Below, in pieces: positions 37,392-47,607 of a DNA stretch of 64,000 bases; within the stretch, counting starts at the first letter, position 1; every line of letters begins with the position of its first letter. The stretch comes from a virus: IMG/VR virus record IMGVR_UViG_3300032156_000003, positions 1 to 64,000 of that record, one strand, 5' to 3'. Under the pieces are notes generated by a model that did no database searches, was not told the DNA's origin, and was given only the letters and a program-made list of their open reading frames with translations. Both the position numbers and the translations under genes were made by a program.

Positions 37392-39739
37392 CCGTGCATC
37401 CACACATCCCCGAGGCGTTGCTCGAAAGCATTCTGTCCGACGTCGTGACGTTTCCCCTTGTGCTGGTCGTGGCAAATCCGGGTGAGGACGCGGTGGAAGT
37501 CGCGACGTCGTTGCACCCGACCTTGCGAATTGCGCACATTCACGGCGACCCAACCGTTGCTCCCGCGCCATACTTCACACTGCTTGTTGAGGTGAACGTT
37601 GGCGGCACGGGATGGGTGACGGCGTACACGACGGCGGGTGGGTTCTTCGCGCCATGGAACGGCGCGGCGTGCGCGGTGTCGTACCACACGCCGATATCTC
37701 CTTATGTGTTTACTGAGTTGACCTTCGAATACACGGGCGGCGTGATGCCGCACGACACGACCATAGAATTTCGAGTTACCGGAACAACGCTCACGACGGG
37801 ATGGGGTCACTTCTCGTGGGGACATATGCCGTGGGGGCACGTCACGGGGACGTCAACCTCCATGATTGTGACCTACTCGTTTGCCACAGCAGATGAGGAA
37901 GCGCCTCAACTCCTGAGCGCCGTGGCGACCGTCAAGGACGTTTTACGCCTCGTGTACGATGACACCATGAGGGTATCGACACCGGACGGCAGAGCGGTTG
38001 TGACGACGGTTACGAATGAAACCGCGTGGGGCGCGCTGCCGGTGCCTGGAACTCTCATCGTCTCTGTGGACGGTGGCGCGGCGACTCTCTACACGATAAA
38101 CGCAACGATGCTATCTCTGTTCTACCCAGTCACGGCGGTGGACATCGCGAATCTACTCCCGAGCCTGATAGACGGCACGACCGCACACGCCAACGACGAC
38201 GGCACGGTGTCTCTCTACAGCGAGACGGTGGGAGACGCGGCGACGTTGCAGGTCATGGGTGGGACCATGAACGCCGTACTTCAATTCCCGACCACGCTGG
38301 TCACCGGTAACGATTCATCAGCGTTGTCCGCGAGCAACTACACCATCGCGCGGAACAACGTGTATCCGGCCGTGGCGGTGCATCTCACTCCGCAGTCCGT
38401 GGAAGCGGTGGACGTGGCGCTCACGACGTTCGACCTCGCGGTCCAATGGCCGATGACACCGCAAGCGCCATACGAGGTGACGGTTGCGGCGGACGTCACG
38501 GACCACGCGGGGAACGTGATCGATGCAACGGCAGACTCGGCGACGTTCTCTGGATTTCAACCTCCCATCCCGGCGGGGCGCGTGACGAAGTTCCCGATTC
38601 CGCAAGCGGCCTATAGCGTGGACGATACGCAGGAGTTGCGAGCGTTCGTCAACGCGCTTGAAGAGGTTTGGAATCTGCAACTGACCGACATCGATTCTCT
38701 GTCGGACGTGTGGGACCCGGACATTGTTGACGAGACACGGCTCGCCTTGCATCTCAAAGACCAGGGCAACCCGTTCACGTGGGCGGAATTGGACCTCACG
38801 TTGGCGGAGCGTAAGAAGTTGCTTCGCATGTTGCCCGACCTCTACAACTACCGAGGCACGGACCCTGGTATCGAGGCGGCGATTCTGACCTTGCTCGGAA
38901 TCGAGTGCCATGTTGCCCCTGCCATGATGGACGTATGGACGCTCGGCGTATCGTTGCTTGGAGACTACTACCCAGCGCAGGTTGTTGCCGTGAATCCTGA
39001 GACGTATAACCTTGCGGCGGCTGGTCGGGACCTGTGGGTCATCGTCGACAACGGGCATGCGGTCAACACCGTGAGCACAACGGCACAGACGTTCACGCTC
39101 GCTGGGCGCAACGCGGCGCAGTACGTCGCGGGATACCAATTCCGAATCTACGGGTCGACTGGAAACGACGCGCGGTACACGGTCGTTTCTTCTGTCGAGT
39201 CCGGGGATGATACGGTGGTAACGGTTGTCGAGGCGATCCCAAGTGCGGTTGCAGACGGCACGGCAATCCAGACAATGCAGTTCAGCAACGTTGCCGGTGT
39301 AGACTTCGCTGTACCAGCGGCGGCCACGGCAGACGAGGTTGCAGATGCTGTTGCGGTGGACATCTACGGCGGAGCGGCCACAGGACTGAATCCAGGAGGC
39401 GGTAATACAGTAGCGGTTGCTTCGATGAATCCTGCGGGAACGATTCAAGTCGTCGGAGGCACGGCGAACGTCGCGCTCGCGTTCAACACGGTTTTGCATT
39501 CGTCGACAGGAGGTTGCGTGCTCGGCCCCGGAACGGCACGCGAGCGCCGAACCTTTGACCTCGTAGTGACTGGCGCGCTACCATCGGCACAGGAGGAGGC
39601 ATTGATGCGTCGCATCGCTAACTGGGCCAAGCCGGTCAACACACACCTCGGTCGCATACGAAACGAGTATGTGGTCGAGGACGATGGCATCTGGCGGCTA
39701 GGCCGCAGTCGACTCGGCGCGGATACCGTGCTGGGCTAG
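37388..39739 (+). CDS. P2 gpI-like baseplate/tail protein with Ig-like and GGTAN modules
   Basis: 'DPD...L..HLKDQG.PF...KKLL..L..LY.YRGT.PGIE.AI...LG' and 'ANWAKPVNTH'. Confidence 0.8.
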   Translation: MTVHPHIPEALLESILSDVVTFPLVLVVANPGEDAVEVATSLHPTLRIAHIHGDPTVAPAPYFTLLVEVNVGGTGWVTAYTTAGGFFAPWNGAACAVSYHTPISPYVFTELTFEYTGGVMPHDTTIEFRVTGTTLTTGWGHFSWGHMPWGHVTGTSTSMIVTYSFATADEEAPQLLSAVATVKDVLRLVYDDTMRVSTPDGRAVVTTVTNETAWGALPVPGTLIVSVDGGAATLYTINATMLSLFYPVTAVDIANLLPSLIDGTTAHANDDGTVSLYSETVGDAATLQVMGGTMNAVLQFPTTLVTGNDSSALSASNYTIARNNVYPAVAVHLTPQSVEAVDVALTTFDLAVQWPMTPQAPYEVTVAADVTDHAGNVIDATADSATFSGFQPPIPAGRVTKFPIPQAAYSVDDTQELRAFVNALEEVWNLQLTDIDSLSDVWDPDIVDETRLALHLKDQGNPFTWAELDLTLAERKKLLRMLPDLYNYRGTDPGIEAAILTLLGIECHVAPAMMDVWTLGVSLLGDYYPAQVVAVNPETYNLAAAGRDLWVIVDNGHAVNTVSTTAQTFTLAGRNAAQYVAGYQFRIYGSTGNDARYTVVSSVESGDDTVVTVVEAIPSAVADGTAIQTMQFSNVAGVDFAVPAAATADEVADAVAVDIYGGAATGLNPGGGNTVAVASMNPAGTIQVVGGTANVALAFNTVLHSSTGGCVLGPGTARERRTFDLVVTGALPSAQEEALMRRIANWAKPVNTHLGRIRNEYVVEDDGIWRLGRSRLGADTVLG

Positions 39740-39751
39740 GGGATAAAGCGC

Positions 39752-42190
39752 ATGGACTCACTCAATTTCTACTATCTTCAGAGGGTGCTCGAATCCGAGC
39801 TTGACCTTGTAGAGACGAACACGTCAACGGCGCTCAAGAAGGCGCGGCAAGACCTCGGCATCGTCGGGATGCACGACGGCGGAGTGGTGACGCAGAACGC
39901 ACCACCAGACCTATCTGTGCTCGTGAGCGGCCCGGCGCTTGGCACAGACCCAGACGGCGAGCGGTTGTACTGGGCGGCGGCGCAGACGGTGGATTGCACA
40001 CAAGACCATCTAGGCGCTCCAACAACCGTCGTTGGAGCTGGCAACGAACGTTGGATTTCAGTCATCGCCGAATACGACCAGACGCTTGCGCTACCAGTCA
40101 CGGATGGGAACGGCGTCACGGTCTATACGCGCGTCTACGATTCGTTCAATCTGTACGTGACAATGGCGACAGAGCAGGCGTTCGGCGCGAACGTAAAACC
40201 GGCTCTCCCATCCGACGGCGTGTTACTCGCGGACATCCGGTTGGTGTTCGGTGGAGTTCAGATTCTCGCGGCGGACATAAATATTGTCGCGGCAGGAATC
40301 ACGAATCGTCGGCAAGATCTCGTGCGGTACGCGGGAACTTCCATCCCTACGGCGGACTACGGCAACCTAGTCGACGCTGTGTTAGCGTTGTTTGGCTACG
40401 TGGACGCTCTATCGACGGGAGTAGGGGTCGTGTTTGCGGCGACCGGAGCATGGCGTGACGCTTCTGCAATTGCAGCCGTCACGGTCAGCGGGGCCATCAA
40501 CGAAATCGTATCTGACCTTCAGGTAGATGCCGGTGCGGCGCGCACGGGTTCGGCTGCGCACGTCACGGCCGGAGGCTTCTGCGACCTTGCGAATGCGGCG
40601 TTGCAAACGAACCTAAACACAATCGCCGATAATGTCGCGGGGCACATCAACGGTGGTGCTCCGGCGCATCCAGCGACTTCTATTACGACGGCTGCCATTC
40701 CCGGTGCTCCGGAATCCGAGGCCGGTCCGTCAACGGTCCAGGCTGTGCTATCTGATGTGTTTGGGCATCTGAATGCTAGAACCGAACGCGCGAGCGATGA
40801 AGACATTAGTGGCGCATGGATGTTCAGCAATGGTTTGACGGGCAACAACAGAGCAAGAGCAGAAGAGAACCTACTCCTAACGAATGCTCCGTGGGTCAAT
40901 TCGTTGGAAGGAGGTTCCATACCTCCCAAAGATGATATGACAAATGTGGCATCAGGATTGTATTCAGGTGCTAACGCATGGTGTCATTCTTTTTCAGGTT
41001 ACAATTCCGTAAATTCCACACAGATCGCAGATATGTGTACCGTTTTCGAACCGGCCAGTGGAAGAAGATATATAATCCTGTTAATCACGGATACATGCTC
41101 AATTGAGGTTAGACGCGCAGAGAATCCGAATGAAGGTGTGACTACAATCGCATTGGCAGGTCTACCGGCAGGAGCATGGATTCCGGATTCGTGTTGTTCA
41201 GACGGTACTAATATATATGTTCTTTTCCACAAGGACGCCGGAGCTGCTACCGTTCATCAAGTTCAAGCTTACAACATGGATGGCTCGGTCAAGGCCGGAT
41301 GGCTGGCGTTTGGTTTGGGGACTGGTTCCGCGCTCGCGGGGACCGGATATTTTGGAGGAGGAGCAACGCCATCTTTGGCGGCCAGCGACCGAATCAAAGT
41401 GGTATCGATGACGAGCCTAGGTCATGCAACGTCCAGGCTTGCTGTAGCATGTTCCTGGGTCCCGTCGGTAGTCGGTGGATTAGGTGCATCTCCTTGTATT
41501 CAGATGCTGAATCTCGCAGACGGTTCTACTTTCGCGAACAGCGCTGGATGCGGGGATCAACCGGAACTAGCCACGAGGTATCCCTGCGGAGGTCTTGCAT
41601 CGGATGGCATTCGCGTGTTCTGGTCGAATTATTCAGTGGCCGGTGGCACATCTTATGTGTCACATTGTAACATTGCGGATGCAACAGTGGACCCAGGTCT
41701 CACCGATTTTCCATTTTCGAATGGAGGAGAAGAGTGTAGAGAAATAATAAATGATGGAACTTGTCTATGGACCAGCAATGTAGATTTGAACACGCATCTT
41801 ACTTGTTATCACTTAGACAGAGAAATAAAATTTTTACATTCAATTCCTTCTTGCGCCCCAGTTCACATGACGTTTGATGGTCTAAACATATGGCTCCAGG
41901 AACTTAGAGATGTCGATTTTGCAGGGACAACTTTTGCGACTCAACTTTTGAAAATACCTTGTGCATCTGCAAGAAATCACGACAGTGTATCCACTGACAC
42001 ATGGGAATTGAGTCAATTGGTAAGCAATTTGATGACTCATGAAGAAGTGGATACTGTAGTCCCTGACTCTGAATTCTTCGGTCATATGATGTTTGATGGC
42101 GCAGACATTTGGACAATACTGGACAACAGGTTACATGGGGCGAATCTTGGTGGTATTGTGCGAAAAATTCCTCGCGCCGGGATGAGGTAA
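39752..42190 (+). CDS. Tail fibre / receptor-binding protein
   Basis: Follows the gpI-like gene; 'NFYYLQRVLESELD' fibre-anchor-like start; AT-richer C-terminal domain. Confidence 0.75.
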   Translation: MDSLNFYYLQRVLESELDLVETNTSTALKKARQDLGIVGMHDGGVVTQNAPPDLSVLVSGPALGTDPDGERLYWAAAQTVDCTQDHLGAPTTVVGAGNERWISVIAEYDQTLALPVTDGNGVTVYTRVYDSFNLYVTMATEQAFGANVKPALPSDGVLLADIRLVFGGVQILAADINIVAAGITNRRQDLVRYAGTSIPTADYGNLVDAVLALFGYVDALSTGVGVVFAATGAWRDASAIAAVTVSGAINEIVSDLQVDAGAARTGSAAHVTAGGFCDLANAALQTNLNTIADNVAGHINGGAPAHPATSITTAAIPGAPESEAGPSTVQAVLSDVFGHLNARTERASDEDISGAWMFSNGLTGNNRARAEENLLLTNAPWVNSLEGGSIPPKDDMTNVASGLYSGANAWCHSFSGYNSVNSTQIADMCTVFEPASGRRYIILLITDTCSIEVRRAENPNEGVTTIALAGLPAGAWIPDSCCSDGTNIYVLFHKDAGAATVHQVQAYNMDGSVKAGWLAFGLGTGSALAGTGYFGGGATPSLAASDRIKVVSMTSLGHATSRLAVACSWVPSVVGGLGASPCIQMLNLADGSTFANSAGCGDQPELATRYPCGGLASDGIRVFWSNYSVAGGTSYVSHCNIADATVDPGLTDFPFSNGGEECREIINDGTCLWTSNVDLNTHLTCYHLDREIKFLHSIPSCAPVHMTFDGLNIWLQELRDVDFAGTTFATQLLKIPCASARNHDSVSTDTWELSQLVSNLMTHEEVDTVVPDSEFFGHMMFDGADIWTILDNRLHGANLGGIVRKIPRAGMR

Positions 42191-42196
42191 TCGGAG

Positions 42197-42826
42197 ATGG
42201 TTGCGGAGTTGAAGGTAATTATGGAACAAGAAGAAAGAATGCCGGGTGCCTGCTCTGGCCATCCATACCTTATGGCTAAAATCGATGTACTCGCGAGCGA
42301 CATGAAGATCGGGTTCAAGGAACTCGGTAAAAAAATTGAGGACATGCGAGTAGAGCAGGCGGAAACGAATGCCTCTCTCAAAGGTGCGTGGTATCGAGTA
42401 AACGAACTCGACCGGCAGGTTGTCGACGTCCCAACAAAGATCGCCAATGCCGTGCATGTTCATATGCGCGGTTGTCCTATTAACGACGTCACAGAGGTGG
42501 GCATTAAAAGTTCAAAGCGCCATCACTCGGACGAACCTGCGGCCCCATACCACTCCCGAAAACCGTCGATTGGTCCATCTCAAATCCTTAGTGCTCCGAA
42601 GTGGGCCATTGGTGTAGGAATCGGAGTGGTTCTCGCGATAGTTCTAGTCGGTATTTTTGTCGGCGTTTTTATGTCGACTGGTAATTCAGATAAGGCTTCC
42701 AAAACGGTTCGCGGACTTGCCGAACAGGTAGGCTCGCATGCTACGATAGAAAACGAAACGGGCGATAGCCCGCAGGCCGCGACGGCCGCTACAGGAGGAA
42801 GCTATGACGACCCTGACCGTAATTAA
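42197..42826 (+). CDS. Coiled-coil plus single-TM membrane protein (lysis accessory candidate)
   Basis: TM segment 'WAIGVGIGVVLAIVLVGIFVGVFM'. Confidence 0.55.
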   Translation: MVAELKVIMEQEERMPGACSGHPYLMAKIDVLASDMKIGFKELGKKIEDMRVEQAETNASLKGAWYRVNELDRQVVDVPTKIANAVHVHMRGCPINDVTEVGIKSSKRHHSDEPAAPYHSRKPSIGPSQILSAPKWAIGVGIGVVLAIVLVGIFVGVFMSTGNSDKASKTVRGLAEQVGSHATIENETGDSPQAATAATGGSYDDPDRN

Positions 42827-43310
42827 TCCTGCCAAGGAATTTCGCGGCGGAATGAACATCGTTCCCGATGCGGACACAGAAAAGGAACTCGGCGACCTCA
42901 TCTACGACATCCAGACCGCCGTGAATACCATCGGCAACGCGGCTGTCGAGAGCACGCACGCGGGCCTTGCTCTGCGGACGCTGAATAACGAAGTGGCGGC
43001 GGTGCTCAACGGCACGGCCGCAAAGAAGTTCATTCCCGAGGGGATCGACTTCGTTGTAACCGCAATCACGGGCGCTCCGGCTGGGAATGCTATCGTGACG
43101 GTGGGAACCACGGCGGGCGGCACGCAGATTCTTCCGGCAACTTCTCTGACCGGACTCAACGCCGTCGGTGAGACGTTCCCGGTTCAGATCACCGGAATCC
43201 TGCCGAGCATCGCGGGCACGGCGACTCTGTACGTTAAGTGCACCACGGCGGACACTGGTGCGGGTTCGACACTGACGGCGACCGCCCGCATCTACGGGCG
43301 CGAGAACTGA
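42804..43310 (+). CDS. Small beta-rich virion protein
   Basis: AGGAGG SD; Thr/Gly-rich jelly-roll-like C-terminus. Confidence 0.65.
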   Translation: MTTLTVINPAKEFRGGMNIVPDADTEKELGDLIYDIQTAVNTIGNAAVESTHAGLALRTLNNEVAAVLNGTAAKKFIPEGIDFVVTAITGAPAGNAIVTVGTTAGGTQILPATSLTGLNAVGETFPVQITGILPSIAGTATLYVKCTTADTGAGSTLTATARIYGREN

Positions 43311-43364
43311 TAGTCGAGTGACGGAGTAACAAATCGCGGCGGACATCCGCCGACGGAGGATGAG

Positions 43365-44492
43365 ATGGCAATCAGGGTAAGTGCGACACGAGTTCTCACG
43401 GCGCTCGACACGACCAAACTGGACGGCATCGAGGCGGGCGCAGATATCACCGACGCGGCAAACGTCGCGGCTGCTGGCGCGGTCATGGACGCGGACATGG
43501 CGGGTGTGACGGTCGGTCACATGATGCGCACGGGGGCCGGTGCCTACGCCGTGATTCAGGATAACATGGCGGCTGTTGTAGCCCCGGCTGTCGGCGACGA
43601 CAGCGTGGCGGGCTACGCGGTCGGTTCGCGGTGGGTGGACAACGCACTCAACAACACCTACGAGTGTGCGGACGCGGCGGTTGGCGCGGCGGTGTGGCGG
43701 CTCACGCTGAACGCGGCGGCTGCCGGTGGGGAACTCGCGGGCACGTACCCGAACCCGACCGTGGCGGACGGCGTCATCGACGCGGCGAACGGCCTCGCGG
43801 GTGCGGTGGCTGGCATCGTCGTCGACAAGGGCACGCCGAGTTCGTGTGTTATCGCGTTTGACGTTGGAGGCGCGGCACAGCGTCCAGCAGACGGCGCGTC
43901 CTATACGTTCAGCATCGGTGGCGTTCCGCTCGCGGCCATCGAAGCGCGGGATGTCGTGGTCGACCAGTACGACTTTCTGCGGTCGTCTGTCGGTGCCGAA
44001 GAGGCCGATACCATCCTCATGGCGGCGGCTTTCGCGGCGGCCATCAACGCGAACACGGTTATTGGCTTGCGGATTCGCGCGGCCATCTACGGCGGTGCGG
44101 GAGATGGTCGCTGGTACGTCCAGTGCTACACGCGGCTCCAGGCGGACATCACGGCGGGATCGGCCCTCACGTGCGCGCTCGCGGGTGGACAGCCGGGCGT
44201 GTACCAGGCTCGCGCGACGGCGGTCGCGGCGTCCAAACGCCAGATGTTCCCGATTCGCTACGCGGTCACCGCGCAGGACGTTCTCGCGGGTGAGATACGG
44301 TTCGACTTCGGCGGGTCGGATGTTGTAGCCTACGGGCTCGACATCCTGACTGCCGCTGCGAACTACACGCGCATCGCCTGGACCGGAGCCGTGACGCTGG
44401 CCGGTGGTCAGTTGACCGTCGACAACAGCGCTGGAACGGATTGGGCGGCGGGCAACGTCATCACCGGTTGGATGCTCTGCACCGTCCTGTAG
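43365..44492 (+). CDS. Virion fibre/decoration protein
   Basis: 'KLDGIEAGADITD..NV.AAGAVM' and 'AGGELAGTYPNPTV' fibre motifs; leader nearly identical to that of 13484. Confidence 0.7.
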   Translation: MAIRVSATRVLTALDTTKLDGIEAGADITDAANVAAAGAVMDADMAGVTVGHMMRTGAGAYAVIQDNMAAVVAPAVGDDSVAGYAVGSRWVDNALNNTYECADAAVGAAVWRLTLNAAAAGGELAGTYPNPTVADGVIDAANGLAGAVAGIVVDKGTPSSCVIAFDVGGAAQRPADGASYTFSIGGVPLAAIEARDVVVDQYDFLRSSVGAEEADTILMAAAFAAAINANTVIGLRIRAAIYGGAGDGRWYVQCYTRLQADITAGSALTCALAGGQPGVYQARATAVAASKRQMFPIRYAVTAQDVLAGEIRFDFGGSDVVAYGLDILTAAANYTRIAWTGAVTLAGGQLTVDNSAGTDWAAGNVITGWMLCTVL

Positions 44493-44602
44493 TCTCTTGG
44501 CCCCGGCGGGGGCTTCCCTGTTAGCGTAGCGGCCCCAAGCCGCCGGTCGGGGCGGACAGCGAAGAACCGCGCCCCCTTGCGCGCGTCGATTAGGAGGTCC
44601 AC

Positions 44603-47590
44603 GTGGCAGGTTACAGTACCCCGTATGCGTTCGCGAACTACCTCGGCGAATGGGCCAACGACGCGGCGGCTCTGATAGAACTTCGGGCGCGCAAATGGGA
44701 CTCGACTGCGGACGGTTTGGGTTTGCCTCGCAATGGAATGACCTACTACGCCACGGGAACAAACACGTACAGAGGCTACCAGGGCGGTGCATGGGCGAAC
44801 TTTGTGACTCCGGGCGCCTCTACCCTCGACTTTGCCTACGACGCGGGTGGAGCGGGGCTGGGGCGTTCCATTACGGCGGACGCGGGTGCGGTAACAATTA
44901 CCGTACCTGACAACTCCAGTTGTCGTGTTCTTGAGTTGACGCAGAATGATACGACCAACGACCCGGATGCGTTGCTCATTACAAACGCAGGGACAAACGC
45001 AAGTATCCAGTTGGCCGGTGCTACTCGCTGGATTGAGTCTGACTCCGGGAGTTTGCGGATTCAGATGACGGCCAATGACGCGAATGCGTACAACCTGCAA
45101 TTCTTCGCAGAAAATCTAGGGGTGGGCGGAACTGCCGATATAGGTATCAAGGCCGACAACGAAATCATCATTAATTCAACTACCGGGAAATTGAGCCTGC
45201 ATGGATACAACTCGGGTGGCATCGGAGTTGAGGTTGAAGCAACGGCTGGCGGTGGATCGGTAAACATTGGTGGCACAGCACTGACAAATCAGATCAACCT
45301 TGGTACCAACGGTGCGCGCAACATCTATGTGGGAAGTGCTGTGGCGGCCACTTTGACGTTGGAGGCTGTCGGTGCGTCGAGTTGGGTGGTGGACGGTGCT
45401 GGTGCAACTCCTGCAACTCCCCTGATCCTCCGTTCTGGAGCTGCGGGTTCCAAGTCCGCGACATTGGAACTTCTTAGCGGTGGCGACGTCGGACTGACCT
45501 GTGTTGCAACATCGGCGCTGGCCCAGCGACTTGTCATCGCTGCGGCGAATGCAGGAGTCGGGACAGCGATCATTGACATCGACGCAGACGACGCCATCAC
45601 GATTGATTCGTTGGCAGCCGGTATTTCTCTCGACGCGGCTGGCGCGTCGAACTTCTCAACGTCGACAGGGGCGCTCACGCTGTCCGGTGTCGGGCTCGAC
45701 TTGAATTCGACCGGTCCCGTTACGATAGATGCCAGTGCGGCAAACTCAATTACTATCGGCGGGGATGCGAACACCGGATCGATGAACTTTGGAACGGGTG
45801 CGTCACAAAGAACGATAACGGTTGGCAACGCAACTCTGGCGACGTCGGTTCTGGTGAACACGGGCACCGGGAATTTCAATGTCAACACCACGCAACTGGT
45901 TGTGGAACAAGCCAACGGGAACATCGGTATTGGGCTCTCCACATGGGGAACAGCCTCTGCGAAAGTCATCGGTCTCGCATCGGGGACGGCTCCAACGACG
46001 TCTCCGGCTGATGCTGTTCAGGTGTGGTCCGCAGATCGTGGTGGTGTTGCGCTCAAGGCGGCGCTGCACATGCGAACCGAAAACGGGTTTACAAACGTCC
46101 TCGGTGATTTCTGCGGGTTCGGTACTGCGACTCCGCTCCAGAAGATCGACGTCCAATCCGGTGCCATCCGGTTCGACTACGTTCCGACGATCAGCGCGGC
46201 GGGCGTGACCTTCGCGGACGGCGCTGGCGGGTCGAACACGGCAGGCGATCACAGACTCAAGTTCACTGCGGTCAATCCTCTTGGAGAAACAGAACTTGGG
46301 ACACAAAGTGGGATCTATACTGTACATACGAATGAGAAAATTGATGTATCCAATATCCCTGTGTCTCCCGATCCAACGGTCACGAGCAGGAATGTCTATG
46401 CGACGAGAACAGGACCGGGTGCAACGTGGTATTTGATCGCGGGACTGCTTCCCAACAACACGGCAACGACTTGTACGATTGACGTAGCGGATGTGAGTCT
46501 GGTGACGGCTGGTTCGGCATTTAACAATACGTCTGGGTATCTGTATGCAGGTACCACGCAATTGTTCAGGTCGGATAGTGCTGGGAATTGGAGTTTGGGA
46601 AAATCTCCGACTCCACTGGTTTCTGGTTATAATTTCATATCCATCGGGTCAAATTTCCTGTCCTTTATGGATTCAGTTGGTAACTGGAAAGGAAATGTTT
46701 CTGCGGCCGGAAACTGGCATCTTGGGAACGCATCCTCGGCAGGAACGCAGTTGCTCAGTCTTGAGGGCGAGGGTGCGCGGCAGGTATTCATGGATCGTCG
46801 CACCGTTGCCGACTCTGCAGGAAATTCGTTGTCTGTTGTCGGTGGTGGCGCAACTCTTGGGGCAACGAACAGGGCCGGTGGACCGCTCTATCTCATTCCA
46901 GGTACCGCGACAGGCGCAGCTTCGGCGGCGTCGTCTCTGTGGTGTTCTCCTGTAGGCGCAGCAGGAGTTACCGACAACACACCGGTCCAGGTGTTGACGG
47001 CTGGCCCAAAGTCTGGAGGTGCGGCGGGTTCAATCGCCGTTGGTATTGGAACGATTCTACCGACGTCGTTACTCGATCTCGAACGTCCGGGGTCAGCAAA
47101 ATCAATTGTCGATTTCCTTGAAATAACCAATAGTGCCAACGCCGCCGACATGGATGGTACTGGTACAGGAATTCTGTTTAATCAGTGGTACTACGACGCG
47201 GCTACCCCAGCAGTTGCGGATGCGGGGAGAATCGCCGTCGTGGCTGAAAAGGATTGGCTCGCAGCATCTAACCAGGACGCTTGTATGACCTTCTGCACGG
47301 CCCTGAACGGTACCGTTGCAGAGGGTTGGAGAATCGCATCTAGTAAGGCGTTTAGCAATACAGGAGCCACAGGCACCGCGTACATCCACATGAAAGCGGG
47401 AACGACTACTGCATCTCAGGCTCCTATGAAGTATACGATGGGAAGTTTGCTGGCTACCGCAGAGGAGGGTACGCGTGAGTATAGCGTGTCAACCATGTGG
47501 ATGACACCCATTGGTACGCAACGCGAGTCGATTGTGGGGTGTGCGTTTTCTCAGTACGAGACAATCAGACTCGGATCAAATCCGGCGTAG
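44603..47590 (+). CDS. Long Gly/Ala/Thr-rich fibre / adhesin-like protein
   Basis: 995 aa; 'GNIGIG' and 'VGIGT..P...LD' beta-repeat motifs; AGGAGG SD, GTG start. Confidence 0.8.
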   Translation: MAGYSTPYAFANYLGEWANDAAALIELRARKWDSTADGLGLPRNGMTYYATGTNTYRGYQGGAWANFVTPGASTLDFAYDAGGAGLGRSITADAGAVTITVPDNSSCRVLELTQNDTTNDPDALLITNAGTNASIQLAGATRWIESDSGSLRIQMTANDANAYNLQFFAENLGVGGTADIGIKADNEIIINSTTGKLSLHGYNSGGIGVEVEATAGGGSVNIGGTALTNQINLGTNGARNIYVGSAVAATLTLEAVGASSWVVDGAGATPATPLILRSGAAGSKSATLELLSGGDVGLTCVATSALAQRLVIAAANAGVGTAIIDIDADDAITIDSLAAGISLDAAGASNFSTSTGALTLSGVGLDLNSTGPVTIDASAANSITIGGDANTGSMNFGTGASQRTITVGNATLATSVLVNTGTGNFNVNTTQLVVEQANGNIGIGLSTWGTASAKVIGLASGTAPTTSPADAVQVWSADRGGVALKAALHMRTENGFTNVLGDFCGFGTATPLQKIDVQSGAIRFDYVPTISAAGVTFADGAGGSNTAGDHRLKFTAVNPLGETELGTQSGIYTVHTNEKIDVSNIPVSPDPTVTSRNVYATRTGPGATWYLIAGLLPNNTATTCTIDVADVSLVTAGSAFNNTSGYLYAGTTQLFRSDSAGNWSLGKSPTPLVSGYNFISIGSNFLSFMDSVGNWKGNVSAAGNWHLGNASSAGTQLLSLEGEGARQVFMDRRTVADSAGNSLSVVGGGATLGATNRAGGPLYLIPGTATGAASAASSLWCSPVGAAGVTDNTPVQVLTAGPKSGGAAGSIAVGIGTILPTSLLDLERPGSAKSIVDFLEITNSANAADMDGTGTGILFNQWYYDAATPAVADAGRIAVVAEKDWLAASNQDACMTFCTALNGTVAEGWRIASSKAFSNTGATGTAYIHMKAGTTTASQAPMKYTMGSLLATAEEGTREYSVSTMWMTPIGTQRESIVGCAFSQYETIRLGSNPA

Positions 47591-47607
47591 GCTATAGGAG
47601 AAGACGA

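Noticed and set aside
20975-39739. Stand-alone contractile injection system (eCIS/tailocin)
   Set aside because: Terminase, portal, capsid, tape measure and replication genes are contiguous, so this is a phage tail.
42789-44792. Long minus-strand ORFs (667 aa here; also 14219-15982, 6363-7778, 52814-54016, 38318-39499)
   Set aside because: They are antisense shadows of well-supported + strand genes in high-GC DNA, Arg/Pro-rich and without recognisable motifs.
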